Below, one piece after another: positions 55,169-64,000 of a stretch of DNA of 64,000 nucleotides (positions are counted from its first letter, which is position 1; each line of letters starts with the position of its first letter). The position numbers and the translations under genes were made by a program. The notes beneath the pieces were generated by a model, which ran no database searches, was not told where the DNA came from, and saw nothing but the letters and a program-made list of their open reading frames with translations. The DNA comes from Eukaryota sp. TZLM1-RC (Eukaryota; Protista; Metamonada: BaSk clade), in assembly GCA_040285825.1 (NCBI GenBank), contig JAUPSS010000004.1:2770550-2834549 (forward strand), written 5' to 3'.

Positions 55169-56344
55169 CTAGAATTGTACAACCAATGAATTAGAAAATC
55201 CATTTATACAGTGATTAATTTCCTTATGATGGAGAATTTCTGCAAATTGTTGAGGAGTTTGGTCACCAAAAAAGAACTCAATTGCAATTTGCTTTGGGGT
55301 TTTGGCTAACGAGGAAATAAGAGAAACAAACTCTTCTGGTGAACAATTACTGACATCAATTACTGAAGAAATTCTTGAATTATATACAGTTCGAAGTTCA
55401 TTTAAATGGTGGTTAAACTCTTCCAAAAGCTCTCTTCTTGCTTTTTGTTCGTCACCATTAAGCTGACTATTTACTGGTATCGAGTTCATGGCCTTAACCA
55501 GATCACTACGTAATTCTACCAACACATTCAATGGAACTTCACTAACAGGGGTGACGGGAGGTTCAGCTGGTTCTTCATGCATAAGACCCCAGTATGCTTC
55601 TTCCTCGTGTTTAATAGGTTGTTGAGCATGATGAGGGGATGTCAGAGGGCGTGATGGCTGGGTTGTTCGTTGAAACTGTTGTATGGTTTTCTTCCTCTCG
55701 GTAAGAAGGGTCACTGACAGTTTTACATCAAAGTTGGTCTGTCTGAATACATTCTGTACTTCGTCTTGTTGTATTTGTGGGAAATCTTGTCGTAGTAACG
55801 CTAATTGTTCCTTTTGGCGTTTGGTTAGAGGTTTTAGTTTGTTTGTTCCCTGGGGTTTTCTCCATATTGCTAGTTCAGCCTCAGCCTTGTCATAGTTTCC
55901 ACGATTCTTATCATAAATCCGTAAGATCTCGTTCATTGGCACATGTGGAAATGCCAGATGTAGTCGACTGATAAATACTTGTTTTTGAGTTGTATCACCA
56001 GATAGAACGAGGTCATGTGGTTTTGATATGGATTCGTCTTTTCCCACTCTTTCAGCTTGCTTTGTTGGAACTGATGTTCCCTGCTGAACATAAGAAGATT
56101 GAAGTCTGACGGGGTCTTGATGCTGTTTCCCATGACCATTTGGTATTGGTTGGCTTTGTTGAGCGACCATTCTTTTGAGTTCTAGACGAGTTTTGTCAAT
56201 ATCCTGGTTGTGTTTCTTATAAACATCTTCTATCTGATCGTATATGTGGGGATAACGCTTGAATGTGTTGCGTAGTTGCTGGAGATGGGTGTCATGATCA
56301 GAACTGAGTCCTAAAAAACTGCCAATAGTGTTCCAGACACCCAT
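55169..56344 (-). CDS. Multi-CUE/UBA-like domain protein, paralogue of 3555-4745
   Basis: LHLAFPHVPMNEI and LRQDFPQIQQDEV CUE-like segments; C-terminal ~160 aa almost identical to the paralogue. Confidence 0.68.
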   Translation of the reverse strand: MGVWNTIGSFLGLSSDHDTHLQQLRNTFKRYPHIYDQIEDVYKKHNQDIDKTRLELKRMVAQQSQPIPNGHGKQHQDPVRLQSSYVQQGTSVPTKQAERVGKDESISKPHDLVLSGDTTQKQVFISRLHLAFPHVPMNEILRIYDKNRGNYDKAEAELAIWRKPQGTNKLKPLTKRQKEQLALLRQDFPQIQQDEVQNVFRQTNFDVKLSVTLLTERKKTIQQFQRTTQPSRPLTSPHHAQQPIKHEEEAYWGLMHEEPAEPPVTPVSEVPLNVLVELRSDLVKAMNSIPVNSQLNGDEQKARRELLEEFNHHLNELRTVYNSRISSVIDVSNCSPEEFVSLISSLAKTPKQIAIEFFFGDQTPQQFAEILHHKEINHCINGFSNSLVVQF

Positions 56345-56579
56345 TTTGAATTTTGAATAGTGGAAATTTAAAAAAACAGTCCGTGAATTTCATCTCAAAT
56401 AGATATTGCTGGTGGGGATTTCAACAAAATGAGTTGAGGGCTTGGTGGTCATCAAGTGAGATAGGATGTGAAATTTTTGGTTTTTTTCGAGCATTTTTTT
56501 GTTTAATTAATTATTTTTTCCATTTGTTTTCGTTTCTGTGGAATGTTTGGGACTTTTTTAAGTGAAAGTTCTTCATTCA

Positions 56580-56750
56580 TCGGTTTAGTTAATAGTTTCT
56601 TAAATTTAAATTATTTATTAAAAACTTATAAATCAACATCTAAATATCCCATCTCTCCCCAAACAAAAACACTAGATGCAACTCTCTCATAGTGAGATCC
56701 AAGAGAAAGCAAAGCATCAGAAACCATCTTCAACATCCCCTTAAAAATAT
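56580..56750 (-). mobile_element. Family D non-LTR 3'-end remnant
   Basis: Reverse-complement similarity to 60070-60225. Confidence 0.7.
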
Positions 56751-57370
56751 GTCCGGTAAAGTAATTCAGTTAAATTTCGTGTGGTATTTCCAAATTGGTT
56801 TTGATTTCATTGGAGGAATTTGACAATGTTGATTCTTCATTATCTGATGCACTAGAACTAGCGTCAAAAAGTCGGATTGCAACCATTCAAAAAGGTTGTT
56901 GCAACAAACTATATCACTTACATTCTAATGCAAATGAAGTTCCAGTTCTATGTTGGATAAACTCAATCATTCTCAACCATTTTCATATCTCATCCAAAAT
57001 TAAAATTCCTCAAATACATAATGTGCTTTTCGCTGATTCTGCTTTTTCCAGTATAACAGGTGTGCGTTATGACATTTTGTTAGACAACATCCTTCACAAT
57101 TTAACTTGCAATACCACACATGATACTTTACTTGATTAATTCAATAATTAATGTAGTTATTAATTTACACGAAAACAATCACTAGTAGTTCATGGTTGTA
57201 CCTTTCTTGTCAATTTTGTATGTACGATAAACTGGCCAGAAGAATTTGCTGCCAATCTTTTAGTTGTCAAACATTTGGGTAACAATTACTGAAACCCGAT
57301 CTTTTTCAGGACCAATATTGCAGACAGGTTTTGAAGGGAAACCAGAATTAGCATTCCAATTACTTAATTC

Positions 57371-58650
57371 CAGCGTGGCACCTTTTTGCTTTCGCGAATG
57401 AAAAAAACGCACTTTTGAAAAAAAACGCATTTTTTTTGTTGATTTTGAGGACCATTTCTTAAAAGCAAATTCTCATTACTCCAATACCACCTTATCTTTC
57501 CTTCTCCTCTTCTGTCATGCCTCGCAAACGAGACATCGCTTGGGATTACGTCATAGAACTTTCCTGTGATGACTCTGACCCAGATTGTACAATAAATCTT
57601 GATTCGCCCGAAGTTATTCCTATTGAAAACAATTATACACACCAATGTGTTTATTGCTCCTTGAAGTACACTCCAGGTTCCGCTACGCGCATCATTACAT
57701 GGTATTTCACTTTGGTTGGAGTTTGAAGAAATTTATAAATGTTGCTATCCAGTTTTGAAGTTGTTAAAACTATTTGATTGTAATACGCCATTGTCCGCAG
57801 AAATTCTTTATTTGATAGAAGAGGCTAAAATTGAAATGATTAATTATGATGGGATCATTATTGCCGACGAGAGGAAGAATCTCATCATTGCATCGTTTGA
57901 TGACCGAACCAGTCAATTAATAACCGATTTCTACGTTGCTTCTGCGATGCTAAACCCAAAAAATTATCTTCCTGAAAGACTCAATTTTGCTGAACAGTTA
58001 TTTGATATAAGTAAGTTTCAAGATTTTGTGCTAAAAGTTACCAGTTACGACAGTGATAAGGCACTAGATTTACTGCGTCAATTTTCTGTTTTTCAAAGAT
58101 TCAATAATCACACAAGTTTTGGAAGGCCCTTAGCATTAGCAGGAAGAGAGAAAGAAAACTTTAATGCTATGGTCTGGTGGCAGCAGTTTGGTTATGACGC
58201 ACCTGAGCTTCAAAAATTGGCATTACAAGTGGTGTCCCAATTTGTGTCTGCTTCTGCAGTTGAGAGATTGTGGAGTCTACATGATTGGATTCATTCTAAG
58301 CGTAGAAATAGACTCACTGAAGAGCGTGTAAAAAAATTAATAGCAGTGTATAATTTCCTGGCAAGTTGTCGTCAAGAAGAAGATTCTGAAGAAGACAACA
58401 AGACGGAAGACTGTATCGAAATATTGAATGTTTGCTGTCAGCTGTTAGAAGAAGAAGATTGAGAGTCCTAGTTTCTAAGGCAATGAACTGATCTATTGTT
58501 GGTGTTTTAGTTTTACAATAAATTATAGTTACAATGTGTTTATTTGTTACATATAATATAGAATTTCATCCAAATTAGAATATTCATTTGAAAAAAACGC
58601 AGCCCTGACGAAAAAAAAACGCATTTTGAAAAAAACGCATTTTCGTTGGG
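57371..58650 (+). mobile_element. Internally deleted hAT transposon
   Basis: BED-finger-like start (AWDY..CVYC..GSATRI) abutting the hAT C-terminal domain (WWQQFG..PELQKLA..SASAVERLWS..IHSKRRNRL); AAAAAAACGCA subterminal repeats at both ends; TIRs not resolved. Confidence 0.78.
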
Positions 58651-58704
58651 GGTACAAAATGATTTTGTATCACACACACTTTCACATTCACTTCACGATT
58701 TATT

Positions 58705-60225
58705 CACTTCCTTAAATATAATGTCTTTAGTTGCGTCTGGTACACCCAATTCCATACAAATCTAACTTTACCACTATCTAGTATTTGGAGGTATTGAGTT
58801 AAAGGAGTGTTCATCCACAGTTTTGCTAAACCAAATTCCCCATATTTCTTGGCCGAAAGAGAAGAATCCCGCTTTTGCAAATCTTTTACAAGATATTTGT
58901 GACAGTACTTCTTCTGCCTTAGTAACAACAATTCCTCAAGTTTATGGTACTCTTTTAACTGATTCTGCCTGAACTTTGAACATGAGATTTCCTCCCTTTA
59001 TCTGACCTGATAATTTACCTCATAATTTAATTTGTCAATGTTCTCGAAAAATTACAATTACTCATTTGTTAAATTGTAAACATTTTATTACTTTTAGAAG
59101 CAAGGTTCATGATGCTGTAAGAGACCAGTTATATTGTGTGTGTAAATCTCATAGAATTGAATCCTTCTTGGAACCTCTGTTGTCAAATCTGTTTGATACT
59201 GAAGATGATTTTCAAAAGAATAATAGAGGTGATGTCATATTACCTGCATTAGAAGGAGCTTCATTTTATTGGATGTAATGTCTGTTGATCCTTGTAATGC
59301 CTTAAATGAAAGGCTAGTTAATTCTGAAATTCATAATTCCCTTTCAAATGCTGAAAATTTCAAAATCAAAAAATACAATGAACCTTTGTATTGATATTTA
59401 TTGAATTTGCACACTTAGTTAAATTAATTCATAACTAATGGGACGACTATCAATGAACCAAGATTTCCTCTACAAAATCTTGATCTGCTTGCTGTCTAGC
59501 TAAAGCTTCTGTTATTCTATTGAAAAACCGAGGTAATCTATTAATAATGGCAAATTGAATCCGAAAACGCCATAAAAAAATGTCAAATCTTTTCATTGTT
59601 TTTTCTTGAACCATTTTATGGAAGTCATTCAAAAAAAAATTCTGCTTTATCTGATAATCTTCCATTTATCGAAAATGTTAAAGCAATAAAAACCAGCTGT
59701 GTATTTCTATCGACATTAGCCTCTTCAATATCTTTATCATATTTTCTATGTTTTTCTTTTGCTTTAAAATCAAGACCACTCACAGGATTAAGTTTTCTTC
59801 TGTGAACCAAAGTATCATTTGCAACATTACATGAGACAAAGTCAACAATAGCTTCAGAATTATCGATCCAATCACAGTATACATGAACCTTTGTTCAAAT
59901 TGTCTAGTCATCAGCATGCAAAATACAATTTGCATCCATTTGTATTATCTCCTTTTGGTTCACTTGCACCAACTGCTTTACGTTTTTTGGATGATTTTGA
60001 AATGATTGTAAAGAGAAGAACTAACAAGAATTTCAACAGATTGTTTTGGCAAAATAGAATTGTGTTTTCTGTTTTTAAGGGGATGTTGAAGATGGTTTCT
60101 GATGCTTTGCTTTCTCTTAAAACTCACTATGAGATAGTTGCATCTAGTGTTTTTGTTTGGGAGAGATGGACTGTTGATTTATGTTGATTTATAGGTTTTT
60201 GATAAAAAGATTAAATAAAAAAACA
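58705..60225 (+). mobile_element. Family D non-LTR 3' portion, degenerate, interrupted by a family A copy
   Basis: HLLNCKHFITFRSKVHDAVRD, RGDVIL and FWQNRIVFS, related to family B. Confidence 0.85.
59390..59882 (-). mobile_element. Family A 3' fragment nested in family D, 12-bp TSD
   Basis: ATGAACCTTTGT at 59378-59389 and 59883-59894. Confidence 0.92.
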
Positions 60226-60597
60226 TGGAACCTTTTGCATTGATTTATTTTAACATTACTTTTGGATTAATACTTGGGTTGCTCTTGACATTAACACCAG
60301 TGATTTCCACATTGGAATTCCAATATCCTCCAAGGAATCATCTCGTTTGGCACCTCTTTTAATCTGCAGCCTCACATTTCATAACGTTTCAAAATTGCAA
60401 AAATCACGGTTTTTGGTTGTGATTAATGCTTGATTTAAAAAAACAAGAGTGTATTAGATTCCAACTATCCATTTTGTTGTTATCTATTATAAATCTGTCT
60501 AAAACCAAATACATTGTTGTAACTCTCCCAAAACTAGTATCGTGCTTACTGTGAAATAATATAAAAACAAACAAATTCGATAAAATTCTTTACAGCA

Positions 60598-61182
60598 CTA
60601 TGACAATGAAACAGGAACGACACCTTCACGAGTAACAAGCTTGATTGTAAATGATGGATTATTGATCAAGAACCTCTTCTGAATCTCAGTAATGCACCTT
60701 TGAATGATTTCCTTTCCTTCTTCTATGGTAATCTCACTGTGCCAGTACCTATCAAAAATACTGTAAATAAAGTTTGAAGCATAACCATGGGCAGCAAAAT
60801 TGAGTTGTTGAATGCTGGCGAGATAATCAACCCAATAAAGGGAACCACCAGCGTCTTCATCAAATCCCACGACCAAGGAGTTTGCCATGAGAGGAGCCTT
60901 TCGCAGTTTATCTGCAAGAGTTCGACGGACGTAGTGGGCCAGTGCATGTGTTGTGAGAGGGTATCCATGGCGTAGGGTGTAAAGAGCGGTGTTTCTGGCC
61001 ACTAGTTCTGTAAATTGTGTGCCATCACCAGATCCATCATCTGCTACAAGAATAGCTTTGTTGTTGCCAAGATCGGTGATTTTGTCAACATCAGATTTCA
61101 TAAGTATGATTGATTGTGCTCGACCATTATCAGCTGCAACAAGAACAAAGTCTTTACCGCATAAACCAAAGAGAGATTCCAT
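60598..61182 (-). CDS. PSMB2: 20S proteasome subunit beta type-2 (beta4/Pre1)
   Basis: MESLFGLCGKDFVLVAAD..GDGTQF..LYWVDYLAS..FAAHGY..EIQKRFLIN. Start placed by homology; the ORF is open to 61464. Confidence 0.9.
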   Translation of the reverse strand: MESLFGLCGKDFVLVAADNGRAQSIILMKSDVDKITDLGNNKAILVADDGSGDGTQFTELVARNTALYTLRHGYPLTTHALAHYVRRTLADKLRKAPLMANSLVVGFDEDAGGSLYWVDYLASIQQLNFAAHGYASNFIYSIFDRYWHSEITIEEGKEIIQRCITEIQKRFLINNPSFTIKLVTREGVVPVSLS

Positions 61183-61857
61183 CAAGTAGAGCAAATGAAA
61201 GGTTTCGTTGGACAATTTACATTTTTCAATCTCATCATTTCTTAAAGAGGATTTAGTAACATTAATACCACAATTGTTTGATGAAGATAACAAATGACTG
61301 TGAATCAGATCAGAATTGACACACACAAAGAGGCATAAAATTAAGGACATGCATAAAATTTGGGGTACATATGAATAAGTCTCAAAACTTGCCCTAGCCT
61401 TTGTTGGAGCATAAAAAACCAACACTAAGGCAAATGACAACTTTGGAGCTACAAAACAGTACATATTGTTTTAAGTTTATCATTTGACCATAAAATACTA
61501 TACTGAATCTAGTGCTTGAATGTCATTTTGTGTGAAGTTTTTGAGAATAACTGAATATGATAAATTGAAAACAAAATAAATCAGAAAAGTCTAGGTACAC
61601 TATGAGATAGGTCTAAGTCTAAATCAGCAAGAAATCTTTTCACTGTTTTGCAAAACTGAATGTCCAAAGTGAAATCACACAATCACATTCACTTTGATCA
61701 ACACAGTAAGAGATGCTTGATATGTTCTTCTCCCAGCCCTCGATCTAGGTGTTGCTCAAGATGCATATTTTCATGTAACTGGTCTCAGAAATTCTACTTT
61801 TTGTATCTACAGCAACAATGACAAGACAAGGTGACTAGATTATATTGTACTTCTCTT

Positions 61858-64000
61858 ATGGTTCAGACTCGATCACAGAAGAAAAGACGCCAATTAGTGA
61901 AGAGCTTAAACACTATACCTTCTCTTAAACAACCAAGATTGTCTTTAAATGTTCAATCAGCACCCAGACAAACCCCTCAAGTCGCAGCTGAGCAATCACT
62001 CAGTGAGCATGTTGATCAAGTCAAACGAAATCCTTTTGTCGTTTCCAATAATCTGAGGGGAATTCGTTGTGTCTCTTCTTCATCCAAACACACACTTCTT
62101 CTCACCTCCAACGGCCAAATTTATGCATGGGGAGACAATGCCTTTGGGCAAGTTCTTTTTAACGGTCCGAATCCTGTTAGACTCCCAGTTCGATTAGGTT
62201 TACCCTCTGTTGCTTGCATTGCTGCTGGTCAAACACATTCTCTTGCTCTATGTGTTGATGGTTCGGTTTATGGGTGGGGAAAGAATGATTCCAAACAGTT
62301 GACCATGTCCTCCAGACGAGAACTTCCTTTAACAAGAATTCCGCTAAACAGTTACTCTATCCACCGTGTCTATGCTGGCAATCGTTGTTCCTTTGCTCTC
62401 ACTAATGACCGCAAGGTGATATATTGGGGCAACACACAGAAACCCAAACCAATTGCTGAATTAGTTGATGTTGTGCATTTCAGCAACCGTGGAGATCGAA
62501 TTGCTTCCATTAATTCCAGAAGTGAGGTATTCATTGCTGAATTGAAACCATTTAACAGACAAGCATTTTCAGTTTACAAGTTGCTGATGGAAGTGACGTC
62601 ACCTTACCTTGGTTTTATTCGCAAAATCAGTGCCTCGTCGTGTTCTCTGGGCGGTTCTTTCATCTTGGTACTCGACCGCGATGGACTGTTGTGGGAGCAA
62701 AAGAAGGTGAAAAGTAGGTGGAGCTCACCAGTCAGCGTTAGAGCCCAGGAAACTGTTCAGTCTGTGCAGGCAAGTGATAATTATGCGGTTTTGATAACTC
62801 AATCACGAAATCTTCTTTTATGGGGAAAATCCCCGCATATCAGGATGTTTCACCAGCAGGATCAGATTACGTCACATTCTGAGCCAATTGAGGGCGTTAG
62901 TCTAGGCGATGATTACATGTTCGCCTATAACCAACATGGAATATGGGCATTGGGTCGTAACAGGGGACAGCTAGGAATAGAATCTACTTTAGAGATAAAG
63001 ACTCCTCTACGGTTATTTGGATCTGAAATTTGTGGAAATGCCGCCAAACCACGCCGAATTGTTCAACCAATGTATTCAGTTTTGATCAAAATCGTCTTTG
63101 CGAAATATTTAGAATATCTCGAGATCATTTTTGATTTGGCCCAATATGTGAAAGCTAGATTTATTTCCAAAACCAGTATTTCTTGCAGGACAACTGAGTT
63201 TGCAAGAAACATATTGCATTTTTGCAAGTTAAAACAATTCGTTATTAACCCAAAAAACACTGATCTGCTTGATTCTACAAGGTTGGAACTGCAGTTGACC
63301 TCCCCATTCATTGGGCAATTAACAGAAAACAGGTTAATTGATGAGCTCACTGTTTTTACTGATGATGCAGAAAGAGATTGGCCACTCTTGAATTGCTTTT
63401 CTGCAATAAGAAGGCTTTGCCTATATGAGCATAGATCATATGATGTTAGTTTTCAAAGGTTAGATTGTGTGAATTTTGTGAATCTGAGATATCTGGAGCT
63501 TGAGTATTCAATAACAGAACTTCCACAATTACCCATTTCATTAGAACGCCTTGTCCTCAATTGCGAACCAGCTTGGTGTGACATTAGGTATCTTACCTCT
63601 TTGAAAGAGCTCACAGTCCATAGTGGTATTCTATCCACCAGAATCATACGAGCTGAAGTACGATTACCAAACAGCATTAAAGTACTGCAGTTGACATTTT
63701 CTGAAGCCCAAAACAATCAGATCAGCTTAGGCCAGCTGAGAGAAATGGTCTGCATTGGAATAATCCCCAACAATTTGACAGAATTTCACTTTCCAAGGTT
63801 GAGTTCTCTGGTTTTAAGTCAAAGTTTGACTGGTCGAAATTTCACCCAACAGATCCTAAATAGCCTTGCTAGCAATGATTGTATTGAGAAGATTGTTTCC
63901 TTGCAACACAGGTATGTTTTCAAGCTGAGAAGTTTTCCTTGGATGATTCAATTTCCAAAGGATGCTCATTTTAATCGTTCAGTGCCAAAGATCATTCAAG
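61858..64000 (+). CDS. RCC1 + LRR protein, paralogue of 11915-14119; runs off window end
   Basis: Manual translation: MVQTRSQK..KHTLLLTSNGQIYAWGDNAFGQV..AAGQTHSLAL..VYGWGKN; later KARFISK and LPISLERL. Missing from the ORF track, probably because no stop falls in the window. Confidence 0.85.
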   Translation, partial: MVQTRSQKKRRQLVKSLNTIPSLKQPRLSLNVQSAPRQTPQVAAEQSLSEHVDQVKRNPFVVSNNLRGIRCVSSSSKHTLLLTSNGQIYAWGDNAFGQVLFNGPNPVRLPVRLGLPSVACIAAGQTHSLALCVDGSVYGWGKNDSKQLTMSSRRELPLTRIPLNSYSIHRVYAGNRCSFALTNDRKVIYWGNTQKPKPIAELVDVVHFSNRGDRIASINSRSEVFIAELKPFNRQAFSVYKLLMEVTSPYLGFIRKISASSCSLGGSFILVLDRDGLLWEQKKVKSRWSSPVSVRAQETVQSVQASDNYAVLITQSRNLLLWGKSPHIRMFHQQDQITSHSEPIEGVSLGDDYMFAYNQHGIWALGRNRGQLGIESTLEIKTPLRLFGSEICGNAAKPRRIVQPMYSVLIKIVFAKYLEYLEIIFDLAQYVKARFISKTSISCRTTEFARNILHFCKLKQFVINPKNTDLLDSTRLELQLTSPFIGQLTENRLIDELTVFTDDAERDWPLLNCFSAIRRLCLYEHRSYDVSFQRLDCVNFVNLRYLELEYSITELPQLPISLERLVLNCEPAWCDIRYLTSLKELTVHSGILSTRIIRAEVRLPNSIKVLQLTFSEAQNNQISLGQLREMVCIGIIPNNLTEFHFPRLSSLVLSQSLTGRNFTQQILNSLASNDCIEKIVSLQHRYVFKLRSFPWMIQFPKDAHFNRSVPKIIQ

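Larger units (their letters stand above)
50502..55665. repeat. Right arm of large inverted segmental duplication (partner 4250-9927)
   Basis: Reverse-complement near-identity with the left arm. Confidence 0.92.

Noticed and set aside
61183-61464. 94-aa N-terminal extension of proteasome beta-2
   Set aside because: This subunit normally starts at MES/MD without a propeptide; the upstream frame is probably open by chance.

Overview
AT-rich, apparently intronless eukaryotic (protist-like; lineage not determinable here) genomic DNA, heavily populated by transposons. Host genes: EFL1/Ria1 GTPase (one intact copy and one retrotransposon-disrupted copy, in a ~5-kb-arm inverted duplication with a ~40-kb spacer), two CUE-repeat proteins, two RCC1+LRR proteins, a RING1-IBR + MYCBP2-type RING-Cys-relay E3 ligase, an RHL1 (topoisomerase VI accessory) homologue with a 72-bp coding minisatellite, two secreted FG-GAP-like paralogues with variable loops, a U-box-like protein and proteasome beta-2. 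Mobile DNA: a young full-length Ty3/Gypsy element (160-bp LTRs that read as identical, TATA target-site duplication) and an older remnant; many copies of about four families of RLE-type (CRE/R2-group) non-LTR retrotransposons, often nested, with 10-15 bp target-site duplications (TSDs); an internally deleted hAT; an IS630/Tc1 fragment. The most notable signal is two divergent Fanzor1 (eukaryotic TnpB-like RNA-guided nuclease) pseudogenes that the ORF track shows only as fragments. Several frameshifts sit in homopolymers and may be long-read errors. All family assignments come from motif recognition by eye, not database searches.
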